Positions 8,204-17,206 of a stretch of 59,958 nucleotides of DNA are shown one piece after another. The stretch covers positions 1 through 59,958 of the IMG/VR virus record IMGVR_UViG_3300014827_000001. The stretch is one strand, 5' to 3'. A model generated the notes under the pieces. That model did no database searches, was not told the origin of the DNA, and saw only the letters and a program-made list of their open reading frames with translations. Each line of letters begins with the position of its first letter. Position 1 is the first letter of the stretch. Made by a program: the position numbers and the translations under genes. This stretch comes from a virus (taxonomy: Duplodnaviria; Caudoviricetes).

Positions 8204-10350
8204 GGGTCTATTTGAGCAGCCAAGATGTCGTGACGCCCCAGTGCCTGGAAATCATGGCCAAGGTCAAAGCAGACACCATCCCCGACGTGGAGCTGGACTT
8301 TGCCCCCGTCACCGACAACCTGCCCCCCAACGCCGTGGTGTTCGCCATGGGAGCCTACAAGCGCCAAGGCACCGAGCGTGTTGTCCCGGCTCCGTCCGTG
8401 GCACAGACAGTGACCAAGGCTGACATCATCACAAGGCTGGGCACCGCGTTCCGCCTGCTGGTTGATCCTCCCGAGCTGCCTGAGTTCGAGTGGACCGTGA
8501 TTGATGACCTTTCTGACGCCATCGACTTCCTTACCTCTCTCTCGGACTACCCCAAGATCGTGGTGGACATCGAGACCTCGGGAGACATCTCGGTCGATGA
8601 GGCTGACCCCAAGCGCATCATCTCCGTCTCCATCACAGCTGGGGGCATGGTCTACGTTTTCCCCGAGGAAGTTTGCTCAAAGTGGCGTTTCTACGAGGTG
8701 TTCTGCCCGTTCATGGAACGCAACGGCATCATCGCCGTCAACGGCAAGTTCGACCTCTCCTATTACCCCGACTCCGAGGTTCGGTTCGTCAGGGACACCC
8801 AGCTGGCACACTACGCACTGTTTCCCGCCGCTGGCCAGCATGACCTGAAGAACGTCACCAAGAAATACTTCGGCTTCGAGGACTGGGATGCCCCGGCCAA
8901 GAAGTACACCGGCAAGGCCACCTACGATACCTACGAGAAGTTCGAGGATGGCAGCTGGCACGATGCCCGCTCCTACTCCGGTGGCTCGGGCTATGAGCGT
9001 ATCCCGCGCGAACTGCTCTACCGCTACAACGCCTTCGATGTCTACGCCACATGGCACTGGGATGTCCTCATGGAGGAACATCTAGCTGACGATCCCGACG
9101 CACAGCGCGTTCTGGAACTGCTCATGAAGCTCTCCAAGATGTTCATGGGCGTGGAGAAGCGTGGCATCCGGCTGGACATCCCGTACCTGGAGGAACTGTC
9201 CGGCATTCTCACGCTCGAAAAGGGTGTGGCCGAGGAACTGCTCAACGAGATTGCTGAGATGGTTATCAATCCCCGCTCACCTTTGCAGGTCAAGAAGTGG
9301 TTCACGGATCACGGGGTCCATCTCAAAGGCACGGCTGAGCAGGTGCTGGTGGACTTTGTGGAGGGTGAGGAGATGGAGACTCAGGAATCCAAGTTCGCGG
9401 AGCAGGTTCTTGTGTGCCGGGACTACACCAAGCAGCTGGGCACCTACGTGGACGGCTACCGGAATCAGGCAGATGCCAATGGTATCGTCCGTCCCGGCTA
9501 CAAGCTCACAGCGTCCACCACAGGCCGTCTGGGAGGACAGGGGGCATCCATGCTCACCCTGCCCCGCGACAAGCGGCTGAAGCGGATGGTCCTGCCTTAC
9601 CAGGACAACCACCTGATCGTGGGCGCTGACCTCTCACAGGCCGAGCTGCGCGTCATGGCGTGTGAGTCGATGGATGAGTGGCTGATCGCCGCGTTCCAGC
9701 CCGGTGCTCAGGACTTCTTTGACCTCCTGCTGACTGAGGCGTACCCGTCCGAGAACTGGTTCGATCTGCATGAACAGGTGAATGGGCACACAACAACAGA
9801 GGAGAGGACCAACTACTACAACAACAAGCGCGCGGCCATGAAGGGTGTCGTGTACGGGGTGTCCTTCGGGCGTGGAGTACCAGCCACTGCTAAGGCGCTG
9901 AAGATTCCGATCTACGAATCACAGCGATTGGTCAACGCCTTTGTCCGTCCGGGGTCCATGTTCGCCATGTGGCGTGAGGAAATCTCAGCACGGGCTGTTG
10001 ATGGGGAATCCATCGTGACCAAGTTCGGTAGGCACTTCCAGTCCGAACTTGTCACCAAGAAGAACCGGCAGACCGTCATCAACTCGGCGCTGTCTTTCAC
10101 CTCCCAGTCCACGGCCAATGACATCTGCCTGACTGCGGCCCTGGAAGTGGACGCCTGCCTCCCGGCCTACGGGGCACACCTTATGGGCACGATCCATGAC
10201 GCAATCTACGCCTCTGTCCCCAAGCAGGAGGCCGAGCTGGTTGGACCGATGATCGTCAGGGAACTGAAGCGAGCGGGGGAGGCCGTCTATGGCGACCTAG
10301 TGCCCTTTGATGCAGACTGGGGTTCAGGGGAAAATCTGGCTGCCGTCTAG
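8200..10350 (+). CDS. polA: Family A DNA polymerase with 3'-5' exonuclease
   Basis: ExoI DIET, ExoII NGKFD, ExoIII YNAFD; TGRL; motif A DLSQAELR; motif B RAAMKGVVYG; motif C IHDA. Confidence 0.95.
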   Translation: MRVYLSSQDVVTPQCLEIMAKVKADTIPDVELDFAPVTDNLPPNAVVFAMGAYKRQGTERVVPAPSVAQTVTKADIITRLGTAFRLLVDPPELPEFEWTVIDDLSDAIDFLTSLSDYPKIVVDIETSGDISVDEADPKRIISVSITAGGMVYVFPEEVCSKWRFYEVFCPFMERNGIIAVNGKFDLSYYPDSEVRFVRDTQLAHYALFPAAGQHDLKNVTKKYFGFEDWDAPAKKYTGKATYDTYEKFEDGSWHDARSYSGGSGYERIPRELLYRYNAFDVYATWHWDVLMEEHLADDPDAQRVLELLMKLSKMFMGVEKRGIRLDIPYLEELSGILTLEKGVAEELLNEIAEMVINPRSPLQVKKWFTDHGVHLKGTAEQVLVDFVEGEEMETQESKFAEQVLVCRDYTKQLGTYVDGYRNQADANGIVRPGYKLTASTTGRLGGQGASMLTLPRDKRLKRMVLPYQDNHLIVGADLSQAELRVMACESMDEWLIAAFQPGAQDFFDLLLTEAYPSENWFDLHEQVNGHTTTEERTNYYNNKRAAMKGVVYGVSFGRGVPATAKALKIPIYESQRLVNAFVRPGSMFAMWREEISARAVDGESIVTKFGRHFQSELVTKKNRQTVINSALSFTSQSTANDICLTAALEVDACLPAYGAHLMGTIHDAIYASVPKQEAELVGPMIVRELKRAGEAVYGDLVPFDADWGSGENLAAV

Positions 10351-10353
10351 CTA

Positions 10354-10383
10354 TTGACACTCACCCACGAGGGTCTTTAGAGT
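10354..10383 (+). promoter_or_regulatory. SigA-like promoter overlapped by 18-bp operator
   Basis: TTGACA-N18-TAGAGT; ACACTCACCCACGAGGGT at 10357-10374. Confidence 0.75.
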
Positions 10384-10418
10384 GGTATCCACACACAACT
10401 ACCTACAGGAGCACAGCA

Positions 10419-11087
10419 ATGAAAGATTTGAAGCTGAACACAGCCCCCGGCCCAGAACCTGAGCCTCCCAAGCCCGAGCCAGTTGTCTTCTTGGAAGAAA
10501 CCAAGTTTGATGGCGAAAACGGGAACGACTACTCAATCGCAGTCGATGAGAAGAACGGCGTAATCGTCTACTCGGAGTGCTGCGCCGATGTCATGACCCC
10601 CGAGACCGCCGCTCCACTGGCGAGGACTCAAATGAGAGTCCTCGCGATTGACCCTGGTTTGAAGTCGGGAGTGTGCCTGTTCGACGGTGACGCAGAGGTC
10701 ATCAGGGTCTCCCTGATCATCCCGAACGGCTTGAAGGGCTTACAGGATTTCTGGGAGGCTCACGTTCGGTATCTGGACTACGACGTGCTGGTTGTCGAGT
10801 CCTTCGAGTTGGAGGAAGGCTCCCATGGCATCGACTACGAGAGCCCACTGGCCATCATCCACTGGTTAGAGTCACTGAACATCCGCATCGTCTGGCAGCG
10901 CAGGATGCAGCGGGGCAAGGACAAGCTGCTCACCGATGCAGTCCTGAAACGTGCTGGGCTGTATCCACCACGGGGTCAGGTCAAGGAAAAGCACCAGATT
11001 GAAGCTCTGAGACATGCCTTAAGTTTCCTGGTGCGGCAGAGGCACCTACCCACAATTTCACTCCTGCATCCGAAAGAGGAACCATGA
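10419..11087 (+). CDS. RuvC-like Holliday junction resolvase with 71-aa N-terminal extension (internal start at 10632)
   Basis: MRVLAIDPG..LVVESF..H..EALRH; RBS-like sequence before both 10419 and 10632. Confidence 0.75.
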   Translation: MKDLKLNTAPGPEPEPPKPEPVVFLEETKFDGENGNDYSIAVDEKNGVIVYSECCADVMTPETAAPLARTQMRVLAIDPGLKSGVCLFDGDAEVIRVSLIIPNGLKGLQDFWEAHVRYLDYDVLVVESFELEEGSHGIDYESPLAIIHWLESLNIRIVWQRRMQRGKDKLLTDAVLKRAGLYPPRGQVKEKHQIEALRHALSFLVRQRHLPTISLLHPKEEP

Positions 11088-11308
11088 GCCGCTACACAAC
11101 CGCCGACTTCCCCGGAGCTTTCCGGCTGGTCATCACACGCACGATGGCTGGTGAGGCTTACACCCGGTACCACGGCCCCTACCAGACCATCGGAGCGGCC
11201 AAGGGTCAGCTGACTAAGGAACTCGAAATGCATTTTTACGAGCACTACGAGACCAAGACTGGCTACATCGAGCGAACAACCGGAGATTGGGAGAAAGTAG
11301 AATCATGA
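11084..11308 (+). CDS. Hypothetical protein
   Basis: Coupled ORF; GPY.T.GAAKGQ motif. Confidence 0.7.
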   Translation: MSRYTTADFPGAFRLVITRTMAGEAYTRYHGPYQTIGAAKGQLTKELEMHFYEHYETKTGYIERTTGDWEKVES

Positions 11309-11520
11309 GAAAGCGCGTTGAAATCGGCTACCTGTGTCGGCATGGGCACTTCCAGTTCAAGGATGACCCTGATGGGGACTCCTGCCAGACCAAGATCATC
11401 GGCAAGGTGTACGTCAAGCCCATTCGAGGTTTGTATCCTGGTCAGTTTATCGAGGCCGTGACAGACGCTCTGGCCAACTTGAACCACCAGATCGCAGTGT
11501 GGAGGAGAGAAGACGGATGA
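11305..11520 (+). CDS. Hypothetical protein
   Basis: ATGA coupling. Confidence 0.6.
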   Translation: MRKRVEIGYLCRHGHFQFKDDPDGDSCQTKIIGKVYVKPIRGLYPGQFIEAVTDALANLNHQIAVWRREDG

Positions 11521-11717
11521 GTGAGCAACCCAAGACCCAGTTAGTCCAGTTCTACACACAGAATGGCGTCCCCTACGTCACCGCCCAGCTGACCGAGGAG
11601 CAGATGAAAGGGCTCAAACGCAACTTCATCGAGGACTACTCCATCGGCACCGAGCGGATTGTTTGGCAGCCCGGTCAGGGGTTTGTCATCGAAGACCACC
11701 CGGAGGAGTCAGAATGA
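11517..11717 (+). CDS. Hypothetical protein
   Basis: ATGA coupling. Confidence 0.6.
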   Translation: MSEQPKTQLVQFYTQNGVPYVTAQLTEEQMKGLKRNFIEDYSIGTERIVWQPGQGFVIEDHPEESE

Positions 11718-12064
11718 CCATCACAGAGTTCCTTGAAGCCCGCATAGCCGAGGATGAGACTGAGGCGAACGTGATGCTTGGGTCGTACGCCCGTGGCGGT
11801 GAGGTTTCAAAGCGCCGATGGATTCGAATGCTGGCTGAGTGCGAGGCCAAGCGGGGGATCATCGAGCGGGCCATTGAGATTCACGACATGGTTGAAGGCG
11901 AATGGGGCGGCGGCCATGAGGTGTCCAAGGAGGGCTGGCAGGACGACAACCCCGGAACAGACGTTGTGCGCGTCATGGCCGCTGTCTACAAGGATCACCC
12001 GGACTACCAGCAGGAATGGGCACTGCAGCCCCCGGAGCGTGATACGCTCAGCGAGCAATCCTGA
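11714..12064 (+). CDS. DUF6221-like hypothetical protein
   Basis: FLEARIAEDE..LAECEAKR..AVYKDHPDY..EW; GGAGG RBS. Confidence 0.7.
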   Translation: MTITEFLEARIAEDETEANVMLGSYARGGEVSKRRWIRMLAECEAKRGIIERAIEIHDMVEGEWGGGHEVSKEGWQDDNPGTDVVRVMAAVYKDHPDYQQEWALQPPERDTLSEQS

Positions 12065-12089
12065 CAGAAAAGCAGGGTGTATCTAACGG

Positions 12090-12123
12090 AAAAGGCAGCC
12101 CTTCCTGAGTGGGGCTGCCTTTT
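12090..12123. terminator. Bidirectional intrinsic terminator between converging arms
   Basis: AAAAGGCAGCCC-loop-GGGCTGCCTTTT. Confidence 0.85.
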
Positions 12124-12136
12124 CTTATGCCCGGAT

Positions 12137-13336
12137 TTAGTCGCCGAGAACCATTCCGTCAATAATGGCCCGTCCGTTGCGGATTCGGTAGACCGCTGGC
12201 CACGATTCAATGGCGTTGTAATAGGCGAGGCCGAACCCCTGCTGCCAGTTCTCTACGATCTTGGCCGCTGTACCGTCAGCGCCGATTGCGCCGTTCACAG
12301 AGGGGACAGCGCCGTCTACGCGGCACAGACAGCCGGGGTTGGCACTGTAGGACTCAATGGCATCCCCACGGGGTCCGATGACGCTGTGGTAGGTAATCTC
12401 GGTGCGGTGCGTGTGCCCAGCCCATGTGTTCAGGTGAGGGACTTGGTGGACGTACTGTGCTGTCGTAGAGCCCTTGCTGTTGGCCTTGGTGCCGTGGATG
12501 TTCCTGGTAGTGTCGTTGTCCCAGTCGGTGGCAGCTGGGTAGGCGTCCACGTACTGGATGTTCAGTTCATCGAGCCGGAGCAAATACGGCAGGGACATGA
12601 CAGGCCACGAGTCAGGCATGTCCGCCCGCTTCAGCCCGAAAGCCGCCAGTGCGTTGGCCTCGATGAAGTTCTGCATCCGTTTGTCGTGGTTGCCCTCGAT
12701 GACGATCATCTCAGCACCTGTGCACACAGCCCGGAGCGTGGCGAGGAACTTGTAGCCCGTGTCAATCGCTGGCTGGGTGGTCTGGGCAAAGGAAGCTTCC
12801 TGAGCGAACCGGCCCTGCGAGGCGAGGTCAAGGAAGTCTCCTAGGATTTGAATCTTGTCCGGCTGGAACCGGGTGGCGGCTTCGATGAAGACGTTCATGG
12901 CAGCTGCGTCGTGGAACGGATCAAGTGTCCCATCAGCGAGACGCCGGTAGCCGATCTGGGTGTCTGCGCCTTTGAGCGCGAGCTTCATGTTGCGGACGGG
13001 CTTGGCTGGTCTGGACTTGATGGTGACCTTGACCGGAGCCGCCTGCTGGATGACAGGCCATGCCGGGTATTCAGATTTTCCATCGGAACCAGCAATAGGC
13101 CGTACGTTGTTTAGCTTATTCCAGAAGCCGCCAGTTGGGTTCGAGGTCCAGCCCCAGGTAAAGGTGACCTCATCGGGGTTCTGGCCTGTGGCGGAGATGA
13201 ACGCGCGGTAGTCCTCGTAGCCCCACGCCTCCTTGCTGAACCGGACGTAGTTCGATGTCCCGTCAGCATCATGCGTCTCGGACTCACCTGTACCACTGGC
13301 CTTGTTGACTGCGGCCAGTGCATCTGCCAGACCCAC
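12137..13336 (-). CDS. Calcineurin-like metallophosphoesterase
   Basis: ADTQ, LGDFLD, GNHD, IHG, GHTH motifs. Confidence 0.85.
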   Translation of the reverse strand: MGLADALAAVNKASGTGESETHDADGTSNYVRFSKEAWGYEDYRAFISATGQNPDEVTFTWGWTSNPTGGFWNKLNNVRPIAGSDGKSEYPAWPVIQQAAPVKVTIKSRPAKPVRNMKLALKGADTQIGYRRLADGTLDPFHDAAAMNVFIEAATRFQPDKIQILGDFLDLASQGRFAQEASFAQTTQPAIDTGYKFLATLRAVCTGAEMIVIEGNHDKRMQNFIEANALAAFGLKRADMPDSWPVMSLPYLLRLDELNIQYVDAYPAATDWDNDTTRNIHGTKANSKGSTTAQYVHQVPHLNTWAGHTHRTEITYHSVIGPRGDAIESYSANPGCLCRVDGAVPSVNGAIGADGTAAKIVENWQQGFGLAYYNAIESWPAVYRIRNGRAIIDGMVLGD

Positions 13337-13579
13337 TTAGTTGCCTAGCAGTTCAGTCGAATTACGCCTGCGCCACTCACCAACGGAGTGGTCGGTCACC
13401 ACCGCGTGCCCGTATTCCTTGCGGAGAGCCTTGGTCAGCATGAAGGGCCTGATGTCACCATTGCGGAGGGCTGAGTTCAGCGTTGCTAGGTCTTCGCCTT
13501 CCAACGTGTCCAGCAGGAGGTCAACACGGTTCTTGCTGACGGGGGCGGTAACTGCGTCCAGTGAATCTTTCAGTGACAT
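13337..13579 (-). CDS. Hypothetical protein
   Basis: AGGAG RBS; abuts phosphoesterase start. Confidence 0.7.
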   Translation of the reverse strand: MSLKDSLDAVTAPVSKNRVDLLLDTLEGEDLATLNSALRNGDIRPFMLTKALRKEYGHAVVTDHSVGEWRRRNSTELLGN

Positions 13580-13597
13580 GATTTGCTCCTGAGACGG

Positions 13598-13634
13598 GAA
13601 TGGGCTACAGAGTCTTTATCTCTGTAGCCCATTC
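13598..13634. repeat. Perfect 15-bp inverted repeat overlapping a -10 box
   Basis: GAATGGGCTACAGAG-N7-CTCTGTAGCCCATTC; minus-strand TAGAAT at 13631-13636. Confidence 0.7.
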
Positions 13635-13649
13635 TACCAAAATACTAAT

Positions 13650-13856
13650 TTACACAGTGGGGGTTGCCTCATGCTTGCCGGGAGCCGCGTCAGGAGTGAT
13701 GTTGGAAACGGCCAGCCCGGTGCTGAGAAGGGCTGCTGCACAGTTGACCCAGAGCCCAGCCGTGGTGTTGTTCACCAGTCCGTAGGCCACAGCCAGGGGC
13801 TGGACGGTGAGCAGAATCGAGTAAATCCAGGTGCGGGTTTTCGCTGAGAGGTTCAT
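13650..13856 (-). CDS. Holin
   Basis: 68 aa, two hydrophobic segments, directly after endolysin. Confidence 0.8.
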   Translation of the reverse strand: MNLSAKTRTWIYSILLTVQPLAVAYGLVNNTTAGLWVNCAAALLSTGLAVSNITPDAAPGKHEATPTV

Positions 13857-13863
13857 GATTCTC

Positions 13864-14817
13864 CTAGAGGTTGATCTGCTGGCCGGGGTAGATCAGGTCA
13901 GCGTTGATGCCGGGGTTGCGGTCAAGGATGTACTGCAGTGGCACACCGTACTGCTCAGCAATGCCGCCCAGAGTGTCACCCGGATCGACGGTGCAGTACG
14001 GGGGCAGTCCCGAGGGTGCCGGTGCGGCAACAGGAGCCTGCGGGAGGTCCAGCAGCATACCGGGGAAAATCTTGTCCGGCTCGGTGATCCCGTTGATGGC
14101 AATGAGAGCCCCAAGGTCAACTCCGAACTGGACTGCAATGCCTGAGAGGGTGTCGCCCGGATCGACACGGCACTGGCCGGGACCGGGGATGATGTCAAGG
14201 TAGGAGCCTGACTGGGCAACTACGGGAGCAGACTGAACCACAACCGGGGCAAGCACAGCACCGTGGGAGCCGGTGATGTCCGGCATGGGGCCGGGATCGG
14301 TATGGGTGTTGTCCGGGACGTTGCAGTGGCCGTAGTGTCCGCCGTTGGCGTTCCAGACATCCACGTTCCGGGAGTTGCCCTGCCACTGTGGGGAGCCGAG
14401 CGGCCAAGTGCGGGGGATGCCGTTGCTGTCCATCCATCCCAGAATGGTGTCCAGACCGATGAGCGGGGTATCAGCAACGGTGGGGTAACGCTTGCCATCC
14501 ACGACGCAGTTTGGGGAGAAGAACACTTCCACCTGAATGTTGGCAGCGCCGTCCTCGTTCCATGCCACGAGAGCACGGGCGGACTGGCTGGCCGGGTAAT
14601 ACTGTTCGATGTGGCCGGTGAAGGGGTTCCACATGATCGTGGGGCAGTAGCCAACTTTCTTCAGGTAGCCGGAGACGGCGTTGAAGTCGGGCTGTGTGCC
14701 ATCAGGCTTCAGTGCGTCCCATGTGATGTGCCAGACAGCGCGGGCGGGTAGGGAGGCGTTGAGGCTGCCCCCACCGGGCTGCGGAGACTGGACGGCTCCG
14801 GGGCAATAATCAGTCAT
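13864..14817 (-). CDS. Endolysin: amidase plus two LysM domains
   Basis: WHIT..GH..VPDNTHTDPG zinc-amidase motifs; two V.PGDTL..IA LysM repeats. Confidence 0.9.
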   Translation of the reverse strand: MTDYCPGAVQSPQPGGGSLNASLPARAVWHITWDALKPDGTQPDFNAVSGYLKKVGYCPTIMWNPFTGHIEQYYPASQSARALVAWNEDGAANIQVEVFFSPNCVVDGKRYPTVADTPLIGLDTILGWMDSNGIPRTWPLGSPQWQGNSRNVDVWNANGGHYGHCNVPDNTHTDPGPMPDITGSHGAVLAPVVVQSAPVVAQSGSYLDIIPGPGQCRVDPGDTLSGIAVQFGVDLGALIAINGITEPDKIFPGMLLDLPQAPVAAPAPSGLPPYCTVDPGDTLGGIAEQYGVPLQYILDRNPGINADLIYPGQQINL

Positions 14818-15242
14818 GCTTGTTCTCCTTGGGTTGAGGTTCCGGTGTTGACGGTGACAGTGGTCTGAGCGGAGGAGGGAACCGGGCAGGCTTCAAGGTG
14901 TGCCTTCAGGCGGGCCTCGGTGCGGTTCACAGCGTCTGCCATCGAGGAGCCCGAGTTGGGGTGCATCTCGTGGTCCAGCTTGTCGATGATGGAGCCGTAC
15001 TTTTCCATCCAGGTATCGGTCTTGACCCCGGAGGCGTCGATGTCCTGAAGCCGCTTCATGACTCCGGGCCGTCCTGTGACGCCTTGACGGTCAGGCTCGC
15101 CGTTCCAGTCTTCGAGGAAGTGGTTGAGCCCTTTTGTCGGGGGCTTCAGGAATTTCCAAGCAACACCCGCGCCAATAACGATCAGGACGTTCAATCCCAG
15201 CCAAGGATTGATGGCAATGAGTTCACTGAGCCACTGGGGCAT
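14814..15242 (-). CDS. Membrane protein of the lysis cassette
   Basis: N-terminal TM segment; PNSGSS..DAV motif. Confidence 0.7.
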   Translation of the reverse strand: MPQWLSELIAINPWLGLNVLIVIGAGVAWKFLKPPTKGLNHFLEDWNGEPDRQGVTGRPGVMKRLQDIDASGVKTDTWMEKYGSIIDKLDHEMHPNSGSSMADAVNRTEARLKAHLEACPVPSSAQTTVTVNTGTSTQGEQA

Positions 15243-15328
15243 TTACATCCCCGCCATTCGGTAATTCATTATGTCTCCCTGTAGAAAAGGTGTATCTAAA
15301 CACCAATTCTACAGGGGTACACGCCTGC

Positions 15329-15949
15329 CTAAATTGCTACAGGAGTAATGAGGACAATGGACAAAGATTGCAGTGCCGTATTGCTTGCTGTCCTTGCGCC
15401 AATTGTCGGGTCAGGGGTGCCTGCTGGGCCGGATGAGTACCAGTTGACGCTGAGGGTGTCCCCAGCTGCGCAGAGGACCACGCCACTGGCCTGAGAGGTC
15501 TGCCATTGGAGGGGGCCAACCGCGACTTCACAGCCGTTCAGTTCAGTGCCGTTGTGTATGAGTTGAATGGCGATGGATCGGTCCACGTTCTCAGGGGCAC
15601 TGTCCGTGGCCGTGCTGCCATAGGGGGCGAGCGCGGCAGAGGCCGTTATCAGGTACATGCCCGGAATAGTAATGGGGACGACACCGCCTGCGATGGTCAG
15701 ACCCTGGATGAAGTTGGAGGTTCCGTCACCGAGAATTGCGTAGGGGGCAATGACCCCGGTGCTGTATTTCACCCGCGTCCCGCTGGCGATGCTGGCCTTC
15801 AGACCAATGGCCTGTTCCTGAGCCGTGACCCGTGCCCCGATGCCGTTCTCGATGGACGCGGCCATTGCTGCTGACCACACCTCGGAATCGAGGTTGTCCC
15901 CCTCATCCGGGGTCCAGATTGCTGCCCCGCCAGTTGTTACATTTCCCAT
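15329..15949 (-). CDS. Minor tail protein (C1q/TNF-like C-terminus)
   Basis: PGMYLITAS..L.AGDTL beta pattern; end of tail module. Confidence 0.65.
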   Translation of the reverse strand: MGNVTTGGAAIWTPDEGDNLDSEVWSAAMAASIENGIGARVTAQEQAIGLKASIASGTRVKYSTGVIAPYAILGDGTSNFIQGLTIAGGVVPITIPGMYLITASAALAPYGSTATDSAPENVDRSIAIQLIHNGTELNGCEVAVGPLQWQTSQASGVVLCAAGDTLSVNWYSSGPAGTPDPTIGARTASNTALQSLSIVLITPVAI

Positions 15950-15958
15950 GATGCCTTT

Positions 15959-17206
15959 CTAAGCCGTAACGGTAACTGTGTTGATGTATGCAGCCAGACT
16001 GGTGGTGCCAAGCGCCTGGATATAGGTGGAGCCGAGGGGCGTTGCAGGGTCAATTGGCATCGTGGTGTCGAACGCGCCTGAGCCGTCTGCGGTGACGGTA
16101 GCGGTGTTGGAGTGGCCGTCCGAAAGCGTCACCGACTCACCAGTATTGAATCCCTCGCCTATGACTTGGATCGCCACACCACGCGGGAAGGTAGCCGGTG
16201 CCTTGATACGGCTCTTTTGCAAGGCTGTGGACGTGGAGTTGCTGGCAGGCCCATCCCACGAATAGGCGTAATGCAGGCCTGTCGGAGTCGAACCGTTGAA
16301 GTTGAAGCCGTCCGGCGCACTGGCTGCCCCTGCATACAGTTCGTCTATGTTCACCACAGACCCAGCGCTGGTCACATCGCTGAGTTCGATGAGCATGCTG
16401 ACGGCCACCAACGGGGAGCCGTCAGTGCTGCTGGTCATCCCAGGTGACCCGGAAGCGTACATCTGCTGCCAGACCCCTGCTGCTGCGGTGACCGACCCGC
16501 TGCTATATCCGACCCTCTGCCCACCCTGGTAGGCGAAGATCAGATACATAGTGCAAAGCTGGGCGGAAGCGCGGCCTTGTATCCATGCGGAAATGTGGTT
16601 CGTGGTGAGGGGCAGGCCATCATAAGAAGCAGTTGCTGCTTGCTGCGGAAAAGTACCACTGGTATTCATATAGCTGATTGCCATGCCGGTGGCACCGCTT
16701 TGGGCCGTTGCGGTCAGAGCAAATGCGCAAGACGTGTTGGTATTGGTCTGTGGTGAGGTGGCCCAGCCTGTTGTGCTTGCCGCCAGCCCCGGATCAAGGA
16801 ACAGGTTCGAGTAACTGGCCTGTGTCCCCCAGAGGTCAGCCAGAGTGAAAACTGGCGGGACGTAGTAGGAGGCGGGATCGCCTGCCGGGAAGGTCTTGGG
16901 CAGCATCACGCTGTTATGGGCGCGGGCAGTCCACACACCGCGCTTGCCATCAAAGGTCAGCAGATCGCCGTCCTGAGCGTCCCGGATGTCAAGGTCTTTC
17001 AGAGACGGCAGCTTCAGCATCACGGGGTTGGCAATGCTGGGCGTGTTGCCCGTGTTCAGGCCGCGCGCAGGATTGGAGTAATCCAGCCCGAAGTCGTTGA
17101 CCATCCTGCGGACAATGGCTTCCAGTTCCTGTATGCGCTGGCGGTCAGTGTTGACCTCTCCGGCCCACTTCTGGGAGCCTCCCGGCAAATCCTTGTGTGT
17201 GCTCAC
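15959..17206 (-). CDS. Minor tail protein
   Basis: GTG 17206 overlaps the upstream stop; beta-rich, carbohydrate-binding-like segment. Confidence 0.75.
   Translation of the reverse strand: MSTHKDLPGGSQKWAGEVNTDRQRIQELEAIVRRMVNDFGLDYSNPARGLNTGNTPSIANPVMLKLPSLKDLDIRDAQDGDLLTFDGKRGVWTARAHNSVMLPKTFPAGDPASYYVPPVFTLADLWGTQASYSNLFLDPGLAASTTGWATSPQTNTNTSCAFALTATAQSGATGMAISYMNTSGTFPQQAATASYDGLPLTTNHISAWIQGRASAQLCTMYLIFAYQGGQRVGYSSGSVTAAAGVWQQMYASGSPGMTSSTDGSPLVAVSMLIELSDVTSAGSVVNIDELYAGAASAPDGFNFNGSTPTGLHYAYSWDGPASNSTSTALQKSRIKAPATFPRGVAIQVIGEGFNTGESVTLSDGHSNTATVTADGSGAFDTTMPIDPATPLGSTYIQALGTTSLAAYINTVTVTA

Noticed and set aside
8200-10350. DpoZ / 2-aminoadenine DNA system
   Set aside because: No purZ-, datZ- or mazZ-like gene recognised in the window
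12077-12844. 255-aa plus-strand ORF
   Set aside because: Antisense to the metallophosphoesterase and crosses a terminator
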